Below are positions 22,706-35,114 of a DNA stretch of 64,000 bases, one piece after another. Made by a program: the position numbers and the translations under genes. The DNA comes from Chiloscyllium plagiosum (taxonomy: Eukaryota): NCBI RefSeq assembly GCF_004010195.1, contig NC_057718.1:66287351-66351350 (forward strand), in the 5' to 3' direction. A model generated the notes under the pieces. The model saw only the letters and a list, made by a program, of their open reading frames with translations, did no database searches and was not told the origin of the DNA. Within the stretch, counting starts at the first letter, position 1. Each line of letters begins with the position of its first letter.

Positions 22706-25700
22706 AGAGAAATCAGGATGAGTTATTAGAGCAATAGATGGAGGTTCAATTACAATGGCAAACATCAGTGGACTCAAAGGATGACCTTGTCTGGTGGAAC
22801 AATAAAGGTGCAAATAATCAGAATTCATGTTATTGGTCCTAACAGAGGCCTGCGGTAATGCAGAGAGTAGTTGCTCCAAGAAATAATTTTTTTTCCAACA
22901 AGTGAAAAAAGATAATTCCATTCCATTCATTCAAAGGCAGTTTCAGCATCTAAGTTTATCAAAACCTCAGAGTAGATGGGGAAGAATTGTGAAGAACGTT
23001 AAATACCTTCATCTTCTGCCTTGAGACCCTCCAACCACAAGGGATCAATGTGGATTTCACATGTTTCCTCAATTTCCCCTCCCCGCCCCCCCCCCCCCCC
23101 CCAACCTTGTCCCAGTCCCCACCTTCCAACTCAACACCACCTCCTTGACTTGTTCTACCTATCCCTATCCTTCCCACGTATCGGCTCCAACCTCCTCTCC
23201 GACCTGTCACTTTCTCCCCCACCTTCATCTACCTATCACATTCCCAGCTACCTTCCCCACCAGCCCCACCCTCCTTCCATTCATGTCTTCCACAGCCCCC
23301 ATAGCCCACAAATCTCATTCCTGATGAAGGTCTTATGCCCAAAACATTGATTCTCCTGCTCCTCGGTTGCTGCCTGACTGACTGTGCTTTTCCAACACCA
23401 TACATTTCGACAACATTAAATACCTGTCTAAGATTAAAAAGGGAGTGCCTGTTGCGAATAGATCCAGGTTGATCCAAGGATAATTGGAAGGATGGTTTCC
23501 AAATGTCAGGCTAATAGCATTGACAATAATTTAAAGTCAACATTTAGCAGACTTATAGGATGATGTGAACCATGCATTAAGGGATCTTTCCCTTTCTTTA
23601 AAAGCAAAGAAATTAATGCCTGAGTTAAAGTTTGAGGAAGAGACCCAGAAGTAAACGCTTCAACAAACACATCTACCAAAAGCAGAGCCAGCTTTTTCCA
23701 AAATGTTTTATAAAACTCGGCCGGAAAGTTCCGGGACTTCTACCACTTTGTAGTGATCTAGCTGCAGGCTCCGGTTCTATTGCTATGATTGGTTATTCCA
23801 ATTCCTTTCCCACATTTTGATCAATATGAACATTAATGTTATCAAAAAAAGTATCAAAATCTGCTGTAGCGTAAGAACATTCAGATGAATAAAGTGAAAA
23901 ACAAAATTCCTTAAGTCTTGTTGGTTTCTAATGGATCTGACATGACACCTGAATTAGCCTTAATTTGTGGGATTAATTGAGATAAGGATATTTGGCGCAA
24001 CTGATGCGCCAACAGTTTATATGTTCTATCTCCTAGTTCATAAAATTTTGTCCTCGAGTGAAGTAAAAACTTGATGGTTTATTGTGACATTGCAACATCG
24101 TACTTGGCCAGTAAGTGTATGTGTTCTTTATATACCCTGAAGACTTCGAGATTGGATAAAGAGAGTCTAATTGAGACAGACGTTGTGTTAAACATGCCAA
24201 CTTCTCTTGCCTCAGTCTATTCTTACATGCTACATCAGAAATGATTTCACCCCTGATGAATGCGTTTATGCCTTGCTACAGCAAGGAAGCTGTAATGTCT
24301 GGGATTTTAATTAAAATTTTAAAAAATCTATCAACTGAGAGACAAAATTAACAAAATCTTCCTCTAAGAGTGTGTATTGAGATGCCAAGATGAATGTGTA
24401 TTAAAAAATTTCTGGAAATGAGCATTCATAGAGACAGATGCATGGTCTGATAGAGCAATTGAATCATATTCGGAACCAGAAATGGGTATGAGCAGTCTGT
24501 CGTGCACCAAAAAGAAATCAATTTGTGTATAAGTGTGATGAAACATGCAAAACAAAAATTCTTTTTAGAGGGATTGGAGAACTGCCCGGGATCAACAACA
24601 TTAAACTCCACCATAAAAGTCCTAATTATTTTAGCAGATTTGGATTGGGCACTTGGAACAGAGGAAGAACGGTCTAAGTGAGGATTCAACCAACAGTTAA
24701 AATCTCCTCCCAAGATTAACTGGTGTGAAGATAAATCCGGTAACATTGAAAGGAACTGTCTGAAAGAGCCTCATCATCCCAGTTGGGAGCATAAACATTA
24801 ACCGAGATTACATTAATGTCAAAAATCTGTCCAGTAATAATAATAAATCTGCCAGTAGAGTCAGAGATTGTCTTAGCTTGGACGAAAGGAATAGATTTAT
24901 GTAAAAGAGTAGCAACTCCTCTAGATCTGCTAGAAATACAGGAAAAATACATTTCTCCAATCCTACATTGTTTTAACTCTGGACTGTCTATATTTTTAAA
25001 GTGGGTTTCTTGTAAATTATATGGGCATTAAGGTGGTGTAAATAATGTAAAATCTTGCTGCATTTCATTAGGTTGTTCAGGCCTTTGCAATTCAGAATGG
25101 CAAATTCAATGTCTTCACCTACATTAGAGTGGTGAAGCTTTAAACTGTGTCATTTGTAATAATCACACACAAAATCCCAAATGTGCAGTAATAGATAAAC
25201 AAATGTAAACCTTGTAAAAATGAGGTATGTGCTGCCCCCCCCCATCCCCATTAGGACAAAAGAAACTCCACCATCCCCACTCATAGCAATAACCCTCCAA
25301 ATGGCATACCTGCCCACTAAACCCTCCCCCCGCCCATCAGAAGCACCCTCTAAGATGGGTGTGTGCTGTCTTCTCCCATAGTTTAAAAAAAAATCCTGTT
25401 GCCTTTTGTAGCTCAAACAAACTACTTGGTGACCTTGGGAAAAGTAAAAGTTAACTATACAAAAATTAAAAAGTATAAATGTAATAAAATATGTACTACA
25501 TATATTTAAACAACTAAACTCTACATTCTTTAGTACCAATAGAGCAATCTTTGACAAAATAAAGTCTTGAATAAGAAAACATGCGCTGCTTAGCGAATGA
25601 AATCATATATAGGAAGAATACCAAATCCAAGTCTGTGAACATAGCATACCAACCATCTTCATCTCCATAGTGGGAAATGTAGTCTTTGTCCGTGGTAGCA

Positions 25701-26765
25701 TAAAGCTAATATCTAATCGGTCTAGTTAGGCCCAAGCACCAATCCGGCTCTGCAACGGCAATTTTTTCAAGCTTCTTATTCACAAAGTCCATAGCCCAAC
25801 CCTGGTCATCAAAGCTATGAATTAGGCCACTTGGTAAGATATGTAATATCATTGGATAACTAAGAACAAATTTAATGTTAGGACATGTGTAGCTCATTCT
25901 TTACCTTGGCAAAAGCTGCATGCTGTTTTGCCACAGTCGGGATGAAATCTGGAAAAATGTATACTCTCCATTATATACAAAGGAAGAAGCATTTCCAGCA
26001 CAGCACAGAATGTGATTTCTCACTTGAAACTGGTTCACCCTGACAACCATCATGTGAGATAACTTGACCTCTTTTGCGTGCGATGAGCCCTGAGCAACAC
26101 AGGTTTAGCCTCCAGTCTGAGTAGGACTTGTAAACGTTGCGCCAACATTTCTGTTGGGCGAGGACCCTCCAATCCCTCTGTTAAGCCCACAGGTCAAATA
26201 TTATTCCACCTGGAGCAGGCCTCCAAGTCTTCACATTTCTTAGATTCAACAGCAGCAGATAATGCACTAACATTAACGTGGAGGCTAGCTATTTGGTTAT
26301 CATTCTCATTAGCTGAATATTCCAGGTTCAAAATAGTCCCACATTGCGAAGAAACTTTTTCTTTCTATGGCTTCAAAGCAGTTGTTGCCTCTTTTTAACA
26401 GTCTCTGAAATTATAGATTCAGACTTGGTAATGATTCGGCCTGCATATCATCTATCATGTCCTTTTAATGCTACATAGCATGGCTTCATTAGTATCCAGC
26501 TTCTCCAGAGACACTGGCTCAGGCGAATGGCGCAGTCTAACACGACTAGACTTGACTAACTCAATTTTTGTTCGAGAAGTTGCCATTTGAAAGCATACAG
26601 GTAAAAATGGGTCATGTTTAGAGGAAAAAAAGCCAAACTGAGTGTAGAGGCATGTAACAACCAAATTTAAGAATCCAAAATATATAAATTTACTACGTTC
26701 ACAAGGAGTGCCCCCAAATTATGTTTATATTGTCCGTGCTGACCTTCTCCCACCCAGCCTGACAA
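22706..26765 (-). mobile_element. L1-clade (fish-type) LINE: 5' UTR, ORF1, spacer and ORF2 (APE plus N-terminal RT), 3'-truncated
   Basis: ORF1 from about 26586 (MATSRTK..) with DLEACSRWNNI*PVGLTEGLEG. ORF2 has SRGVATLL..GRFIII..NVYAPN, LILGGDFN, IDFFL..SDHA and RT TRQGHPLSPLMFAIVIEP at about 22740-22800. Confidence 0.9.
23009..23411 (+). mobile_element. PLE family A 3' fragment inserted in the L1 RT, 14-bp TSD
   Basis: TSD aacgttaaatacct (22995-23008) / aacattaaatacct (23412-23425); degenerate ctgatga...ccc-aaaacatt hammerhead at 23321. Confidence 0.85.
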
Positions 26766-26769
26766 ATTT

Positions 26770-27880
26770 AAGGATGACTGGATGATACACAAATAGGTGG
26801 AAACGCAAGTGATGAGGATGACATGCATGATCGACAGAGGGATTTATAGGCCAGGTAAATGAATGGGTAAAAACATGGCAGATGGAATATAACATGGGAA
26901 AATGTGAAGTTGTGCAATTTGACAGGAAAAAAAGAAACAATGTTATTTAAGTTGAGAAATACTGTGGAAAGCTGCAAAGGGGATTTAGACATTTATGAAT
27001 CACAAAAAACTAGTGTAATAATTGAGCAGATGGAAGGGGTTTCAAATAGAATGTTGTCCTTTTATTTCAGAGGGGATTGAGTATAAAAGTAGAGAAGAGT
27101 TGCTAAAACAACGCAAGATACCATCTGGAATACAGAAAGCAATTTTGGTCCCCTTAGAAGCAGTCCACTAGATTGATCTTGGGTATGGAGGGATTGAACA
27201 AGTTGAGTCTGTCATCATTAGAGTTTCTAACCATGATAGCTGATCTGACTAAATATAAGATTTGTTAGGAGGCTTGACAGGTTTGTTTCTGAGATGATTT
27301 CGCATTGTAGGAGAGTTTAGGTCTCTTTCCTAGAGTCTTATCTCAGGGTCTGTCCATTTAGGAGATGTCGAGAAGTGTCTTCCGAGGGCAGGGAAACTGC
27401 GGAATTCTTGAGGGCTGTAGACATTGGGCAGTAAGAGAGAGATTTATGGGAAAAAGATAGGGAAGTGGAATTGAAAATGATCAACAATGATCTTATGAAT
27501 AGTGGAACATTCTCAATTGGTTGACTAAACTTCTACTCTTACACCTCATGAAGAGAGAAACAGACTTCATGTTTAGGAGTTGGGGCATCATGTTGAGGTT
27601 GTACAGGATGTTAGTGAGGCGTCTTCTGGAGTTGTACGTGCAGTTCTGATTTCCCTGCTATAAGAAGGATATTATTAACTTGGGGAGGATTCAGAAAAAG
27701 ATTTACCAGGATGTGTCTGGGAATGGAGGGTTTGAATTATAAAAATAGGCTGGGACTTTTTTCACTGGAGCATAAGAGGTTGAGGGGTAATTTTCTAGAG
27801 GTTTCTAAAATCATGAGCATAGAATAGGTGACTAGCAAGGATCTTTTCCCTAGGATAGGGGAGTTCAAAACAAGGGGTCA
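26770..27880 (+). mobile_element. Decayed CR1 3' fragments
   Basis: DDTQIGG and W...WQMEYN..KCEV motifs at about 26780-26920; a second CR1 piece at about 27570-27880. Confidence 0.8.
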
Positions 27881-27884
27881 TTGA

Positions 27885-28745
27885 ATTTAGGTTTGCTAGC
27901 TGAGCTGCAAGGTTCATTTCCAGATGTTTCGTTACCCTACTAGGTAACATCTTCAGTGGGCCTCCGGCGAAGCATTGCTGAAAATTTCTGCTTTCTTTTT
28001 ATATGTTTGGGTTTCTTTGAGTTGCTGATGTTATTTCTTGTGGTGAAGTCCCTTCCTGTTCCTTTTCTCAGGGGGTGGTAGATGGGGTCTAACTCTTTGT
28101 TGATAGAATTCTGGTTGGAATGCCATGCTTCTAGGAATTCTTGTGCATGTCTTTGTTTGGCTTGTCCTAGGATAGTTTGTGTAGTCCTAGTCAAAATGGT
28201 GTCCTTCCTCATCCGTAAGTGAGGATACTAGTGAGAGAGGGTCATGTGTTTTTGTAGCTAGTTAGCATTCATGTATCCTGGTGGCTAGTTTTCTGCTTGT
28301 TTATCCAATGTAGTGTTTCTGACAATCCTTGCAAGGTATTTTGTAAATGACGTTAGTTTTGCTCATTGTCTGTATAGGGTCTTCCAAGTTCATTAGCTGC
28401 TGTTTTAGTGTGTTGGTGGATTTGTGGGCTACCATGGTGCCAAGGGGTCGGAGTAGTCTGCCAGTCATTTCCGAGATGCCTTTGATGTAGGTGAGAGTGG
28501 CTAGGGTTTCTGGACGTGTTTTATATGCTTGTTTGGGTTTGTTACTGAGAAATTGGAGGTCTGTGTTCATTGGGTACCCATTCTTTTTGAATACACTGTA
28601 TAGGTGATTTTTCTCTGCTCCGAGCACTTCCTTTGTGCTGCAGTGTGTGCTGGCTTGTTGAAATAATGTTCTGATGCAGCTTAGTTTGTGGGTGTTGGGA
28701 TGATTGCTTCTGTAGTTCAATATTTGGTCTGTATGTTTTTTTTTG
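27885..28745 (-). mobile_element. PLE family B 3' portion with GIY-YIG domain
   Basis: ORF 28301-28765 has HTDQILNYRSNHP..NVIYKIPCKDCQKHYIG; hammerhead (reverse complement) CUGAAGA-U-GUUACC..GGUAAC-GAAACAUC at 27923-27956. Confidence 0.92.
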
Positions 28746-29277
28746 TCTAAGTTTACCATGCCCAAGTTTACATTGCAGTAGATAGTGCATTTAGTCAGAA
28801 ATGAAAGTTAATGGCTAACAAATGTACAGAACAAATGGCCTTTTTTTTTAGGAAAAACAAGGTTGCCCAATACATGTCCTTGATATTGAGCTAATTTAGT
28901 TGTTGCCAGGACTAAAAACAATTATGGGGCTTGAGGTAAAGTATAGCCCAGATTGAGCAAAGTGGAAGTCTCTTGGCTTTGACAAAAATAAATTTGGATT
29001 ATTTCATCTGGGCGGATGCAAAGCCACAACCCAAACTACCCATAATTTAACATAAATTTGAAAGGCACTCAATGTAATCATTTGGTACTAAGCTAAATTT
29101 CAAACTCTATATATAAAAATCTATGAAAATAGAAATTACTACTTGCTCGTATGTTCAGAAGAGCAAACGTGAACGTAATCTAATGCGCACATACCTGAAA
29201 TGGTACAAGTTCATCGAAGATCTTGACTGATCTTTTATTTCCATTATTTTTGTCATTTGATCTTACAATATTTTTAG

Positions 29278-29412
29278 CTTTCGTGTACAATGAGTGTGCT
29301 CTATTTAAATAAACTTAGTCAATTTTGTAATGAACGCTTCAGGAGAAAAAGGGCAAATCTACTGGAAACAGCAGAAGTAGTACATGCTCCATTTCTTGTT
29401 AGCACTCTTGGG
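29278..29412 (+). CDS. Probable coding exon of an unidentified host gene (LSCTMSVLYLNKLSQFCNERFRRKRANLLETAEVVHAPFLVSTLG)
   Basis: Long T-rich tract ending tttttag, donor ggg|gtaagc, 135 nt (phase 0-0), only one frame open, non-repeat context. Confidence 0.65.
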
Positions 29413-29589
29413 GTAAGCATTCATTTCCTTGTGTTTCAAGATATGCATTGGGTTAGACAATGTATGAATAAGAAAAATTGAAGCTTTTTTTTACATAGGT
29501 GATTGAGAGGGATTATTGGTGGTCAGGAACAGCTCACTCATTCATAATGTTTTGAAAATGCAGTGAATAAAGTTTTTCCAGATAGAATA

Positions 29590-30940
29590 GGGATGTAAGT
29601 AGAGCATTAAGCCTGCTTCACAGTATGCTTAAGGCTGACTGAACACTTTGTTTTAGTTACCCCATCCCCATAACCGTGTTCTCTCCGCAAGTAATCAGAA
29701 ATTCATCAATACCAACCTCCAAGGGAAAGGCTGAGCCTGCACAGCCCACTATGGAAGGGAATTCAAAAGGTTCACAAACCTCTAAGTTTAATAATTTAAA
29801 AAAAAAATCATCTTCTCTATATTTGTCTATGTAGCTACGCCATGTGGTTCGAGATTCCCAAGACAGAGGAAAGATTTTTTTTTTAAACATCTTACCTGCA
29901 TCTACCCTGTCTTTCTTTTTTTTTTAAGTATTTTGAGAGTTTCAATGACTTCAAAAATCTAGAGATTACAAACTCAATTTAACCAGCCTTTCTTTCAAGG
30001 AGAGTTCCACCATCCTGAGCACAAGTCTGGTGAACCTCTGCAGTCCCTCTATGGCAATAATATCTTCCCTGAGATAAGGAGACCAAAATTGTGCACAGTA
30101 CTCCAAGTGCAGTCTAACCAAGTTATTATTTAATTGATGAGGGAAGGGCTTATACCCGAAACGTCGATTCTCCTGTTCCCTGGATGCTGCCTGACCTGCT
30201 GCCCTTTTCCAGCAACACATTTTCAGCATTATTTAATTGATGCAAGATTACACTTCCTGTATTCATATCCTTTTGCAATAAAGACTAATATTCCACACTG
30301 ATTGCAACACTGGCATGTTAACCTTAAGTGACTTTTTTGACAAGACAACTTGCATCCTGTTGTATATCTACATTTTCCAATCTCCTTTTATTTAAGAAAT
30401 ACATTTGCATCTGTTTCTCTAACCAAAGTGAATAACTTCTTTTTCGGGATCATATTCCATCTGCCATGTTTGTGCTCATTAACCAAGTCTGTTTTAAAAT
30501 TTCCTGAAGCCGCTTTACAACTTCCTCATAAAATATATTCCCACTTAGCTTTATATCATTTGTAAATTTGGAAATATTACATTTGGTTCTCACCTTGAAA
30601 TCATTGATATATATTGTGAACAGCTGGAGGTCAAGTACTAATCCTTGCAGTATCCTACTAGTCACAGCCTGTCGATGTAAGATTGACCAATTTTGTTCTG
30701 CGTCTATTTACTCCATTGCCACCATGTCCTTTAATTTTTCCTGTGAGGGACTTTATCAAAAAAGCTCTGAAATTTGAAGTGTACTATGTCTGTTGGCTTT
30801 TCTTCATCAGTTTTTTGTTAGTAACATCTTGAGGGGTGGGGTTGGGACGGGAACTCCCAATATGTTTGTCAAACACTATTTTCTGTGAAATCCATGCTGA
30901 CTATGCCTAATCAGATCAATATCAACCACATTTCCATTTA
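29590..30940 (-). mobile_element. Decayed CR1 LINE 3' portion
   Basis: LVRLHLEYCAQFWSPYL (29966-30229) and QGLVL..QLFTIYIND (30450-30665). Confidence 0.85.
30140..30227 (+). mobile_element. 88-bp PLE family A pseudo-LTR fragment with 15-bp TSD
   Basis: TSD attatttaattgatg at 30125-30139 and 30228-30242; contains gggc-ttat-accc-GAAACGTC. Confidence 0.88.
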
Positions 30941-31154
30941 TCCCACATTTTTACAATCAATTTGAGATTAACTTTTGGTTGGGTGTGTTAGTTGGTAGCA
31001 GAGATATGAAAATTTCTTTGCAGAGTTTTTATATCCTAAATTCTGAAAACATCAATTCTGCAACGAGAAGGGTTAACTGCAAATGCTACATACCCCAGTT
31101 TATTTTTGTCTGTTAGGGTAATGAACAGTTGTTGGTTGTGTTCTCCCATATATA

Positions 31155-31249
31155 TTCTGGATCAGTGGTTCTGGAAGAGCACAGCAATTCAGGCAGCATC
31201 CGAGGACAGGCAAAATCGACGTTTCGGGCAAAAGCCCTTCATCAGGAAT
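31155..31249 (-). mobile_element. PLE family A pseudo-LTR fragment
   Basis: Near-identical to 52725-52820. Confidence 0.85.
31218..31245 (-). ncRNA. Minimal hammerhead ribozyme motif (PLE family A), intact core
   Basis: Reverse complement reads CUGAUGA-A-GGGC-uuuu-GCCC-GAAA-CGUC. Confidence 0.82.
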
Positions 31250-31564
31250 AATTATGTCTGTTCACAGATGATGTACTGTGGACATTCCAAGCTGTTTGTT
31301 CAACATTACCAATGCAGTTAGCATGGGGCTAGACCATTGTCTTGAAAGATTTGTGTGACCTAAAGAGAAATCTCAGTGTACTATGTACATGGCTGCTTTC
31401 AAATCTGTAGATTCGGAATATCTGCACTTTGTTATTACAGGCGGAGCTTCAACTTGGGTCTCATGGCTCAAAGATTACATTACAAGTATTACAACTGGAA
31501 CATAAGAACTTTATGGACGTTTGTTCTGGATTTGCCATTCATCACTGATTAATATTCTTTTATT

Positions 31565-32960
31565 GAACATAGAGCAGTGCAGCACAATACAGGCCCTTTG
31601 GCCCACTATGTTGGGGGCGAGTATTTATCTTAATCTAAGATCAACCTAACCTATGCACTCCTGAATTTACTGCTGTCCAGTGCTTGTCCAGCAATCGCTT
31701 AAATGTCCCTAATGTCTCTGACTCTACTGCTGTCGGCCCGTTTCGCTATCCCTGTATCAATCGAAGCAAACACTCAGAGACACCATATGGCTTTACGTCC
31801 TTCATCTTTATTCTGGGCCCTGGAGGGAGAAAGAACCATTGCCCATGTGCACAGAGACATGAGTTCTTGTCTTCTCTCGAACAACAGATTCTTAAGGAAT
31901 TAGATAGTCACTTAGAGGGAGCAGTATCCAAATAAGATAACATCTATATTGATTGAGTATTACAATCAGTGAGCATCAACAGTAACGATGAAGCCATCTG
32001 GCATTATACAATGGATGTTCTTAACCTTGTTAACTGGCATTACACAATGGATGCTTTTTACCTCGTTAACCCACTGTCCTTTCCTCCAGCACCTCATTGT
32101 TTACTGCAAGTTCTTATCTGGTCAAAGTCATGCTAGCTGAGATTTTGTCAAGCAACCCTAAACTTAACTCTTTCCCTACCTGTTCATACCTTAGACACTT
32201 TCTCACTACCACCACTCTGAATAAAGAACGTACCTCTGACATCTCCCTTATATCTTCCTCCGATCACCTTAAAATTATGACACCTCATGACAGCTATTTC
32301 TGCCCTGGGGAAAAGTGTCTGTCTATTTACTCTATCTATGCCTCTCATTACCTTATACACCATCTATCAAGTTGCCTCTCTTCCTCCTCCTTCTCCTCCT
32401 CCAGTGTGAAAAGCCCCAGTTCACTCAATCTCTCTTTAGAAGACATGCCCTCCAATCCAGGCAGCATTCTGGTAAATCTCAGTTGCACCCTCTCAAGCAT
32501 CTACATCCTTCCTATGAGGCAACCAGAACTGGTCTAAGCAGAGTTTTATAGAGCTGCAGCAAAACCTCAGTTCTTATCTTAATCCCTCTGTTAATGCAAG
32601 CCAAAACACCAAATGCCGCCTTAACAACCCTATCAACTTGGGTGGCAACTTTGAGGGATCTATGCATGTAGACCCCAAGATCCTGCTGTTCCTCCACACT
32701 GCCAAGAATCCTGTCTTTAACCCTGTGTTCAGCATTCAAATTTGCCTTTCCAAAATGAATCGCTTTGCATTTATACAGGTTGAACTCCATCTACCACTTC
32801 ATAGCCCAGATCTGCATCCAGTTCATGTCTTGTAGCCTGCAACAGTCCTCGACACTATCTACAGCACCACCAACCTTTGTGTCACTGGCAAACTTACTAA
32901 CCCACCCTTCCACTTCTTCTTCCAAGTCATTTATAAAAACTACAGAGAGCAGAGGTCCAC
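31565..32960 (-). mobile_element. CR1/HER1 3' portion interrupted by a solo LTR
   Basis: ORFs 32512-32790 and 32791-33027 are CR1 RT C-terminus; tail at about 31565. Confidence 0.9.
31731..32205 (-). mobile_element. Solo LTR (475 bp; ERV- or Gypsy-type)
   Basis: TG...CA termini, 4-bp TSD ctgc/ctac, minus-strand AATAAA at about 31807-31812, 36-bp internal tandem repeat. Confidence 0.8.
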
Positions 32961-34057
32961 TGAACACTCTGAAAGTGATGTACTGATGGTTGCCATGTGG
33001 CAGAATCTGGGTTTTTCTATGCAACAAGTTAGAACCAAATTCAGGTTGCCACGGTTCATTTGAATTGCATCTTTATTAAATGTATTGTGAGCTGCTACTT
33101 CACTCCATTAAGGACCTGCCAACTAATAAGGTACTTTGTTTTTGAGATAGTTGGGAATGTGCAATTAACCACTCTGACATGTTTTAAAATTTTGCTTCTC
33201 TTGGTTTAAGCTGCTGTCAGTTACACCTATTATAAATGATGAACGTTTGAAGGATTGGTGAGACAGATTTTAAAACAAATATACCTTTATTTTGTTAAAG
33301 AAGAAATTTCTACATTCCTTGTCTGAATTAATTTATTTATGTCTTCAAAAAGATACCGTGGAATGTAAGACGCAATTAGTATAAAAGATAAAGTACAGCA
33401 ACTGTACGCAATAAGCCAAATAGGATCTAACCACGCTTTGTTATTCATCAAGCATAAATTCCGTACTTTAAAAAGCTATCTGTTATTGAGCGCACGCAAT
33501 GTTTTTAAGTAATATTCTAAACACAAACATACAAAGCAAAACTCACTTTTCCCATATGAGAACCTATATTAAAGATGGGTTATGTACCTGGCCTGTAATT
33601 TTTACATGGGAAAATCCTTTTTGGTTGCTTTGAAACTAACTGACCCCTGCTTTGTTCACCTGTCCCCTTGCTTTCCAATGTTCTTTACTCAATTGTTTTA
33701 GCATTGTTACCTCCTTTCTCCTGTTTGTAGTGCTTGCATCCTATATTCTATTATTTTCTTTTGCTTTGATTGCAGTGGTGGCAGTCCTACCATTTCTTTG
33801 AATGGATCATATATTTTTGTTTTGACAGCATTTCATGTATTTCCAGTATGTTCGGTAGCCAGAATAATTTTTGAGTCAGGTTTTGTTTTCTGACTCAAGA
33901 TTTTGCCTAAAGTTCTGATTTGAGCCAAATTTGAATTAAAGAAATTATGCCAACTAAAGGGAATACTTGCTTTAAATTATCTAAAAGCCGGTTTCCCCAC
34001 AAGTCTGTCATTCTTGTGGAGATTCCAGGGTGTTCTCAAAGTGTCTCCACTGATATA

Positions 34058-34670
34058 TTTAGATTTATATTTAGGCTTTATTGTCACATGTACTCTAGTA
34101 CGGGATACAAGGGTACAATGAAAAGTGTACAGTGTCACTGCACACAGTGCCATCTTAAGTACAAACTACCTAGATACAAAATCTTAGTAGCAGAAATAAA
34201 TAAGTCAAAGTTCAGCACTACAGTCATCTTAACATAAAATTAATGTCAAACATTCAAGTCCTTTCTTGAGCCATGGGCCTGCAGATGTTGCAAGCTGGGC
34301 TTCCCCAGGATGGTTCACCTTCCCCCATTTTTGGTCATACTTTTACCCACTCTGGGGTAAGAGCTGCCTGGGCTCGCCAGGCTTCACCGCTGCTCACGTG
34401 TAAGACTTAGACCCCGACTGCCCTTTCGCGGCTGACCATCATGCAGCCTTGCACTGGGTCCCTGCCACTACCACGTTCCATTGCTGCCTCCATGGCTCCA
34501 GTTTTATGAACATCAAAGTCCATCCTGGGCCAACTTTCCCCTGCACTGGGCTCATCCGAGGTCTGCTGCCAATGCCATCTTAGCTCAAGTAGTAAGTAAG
34601 GAAAAAATGAAAACAAAAGCCATTGGAGTTGACTCTCTCTGATTCAGGAGCCATACACTACTATCTTGTT
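34058..34670 (-). mobile_element. Non-autonomous element with Rex1/Babar-like tail
   Basis: Begins tttattgtcacatgtac..tacaatgaaaag (reverse complement of a Rex1-type 3' tail, from memory), GC-richer body, ends ..atcttg; same layout at 45275-45955. Confidence 0.5.
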
Positions 34671-35114
34671 TAGCCATGTGAGGAGCTAATTAAGTTTAGC
34701 GTGGAGCACTAAAGTGGTCTCATCCCTATTTTGATGCCAAGCTCTGGAGTAATAGTAAATCTTGGAAATGAGGCAGGGGATTGTGGAACAGGTTACACCC
34801 ACTCATTATCTGGTGCAACAGATGATTGCAATTATAATAAAATCATTCATGAGCTCAGTGTGTTCCAAATTGTTTACAACTATTTTTGAAGTGTAACAAT
34901 TATTAAATTTTAAGAAATGTGACTTGCCAATTTGGCTGTGCCTGCACAAATGGTTGAAATTAATTATTGTAAGATTTCATAGGACACATCATGGTCTTAT
35001 AGACCATGACACAAGGGAATAGAATGATGCCATCATGTGTATACTCTCTAGTCAATGACTGATCTGCTATTCCTCAACTTCACTTGTCTACCAATTCCTA
35101 TTACCCTTGATAAG

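Noticed and set aside
23074..23102. Poly-C run / potential G-quadruplex
   Set aside because: Part of the C-rich PLE 3' region, with homopolymer expansion or sequencing error.
29185..29210. Minus-strand ttgtaccatttcag|gtatgt resembling a recursive splice site
   Set aside because: It is opposite to the best exon's strand and such motifs occur by chance.
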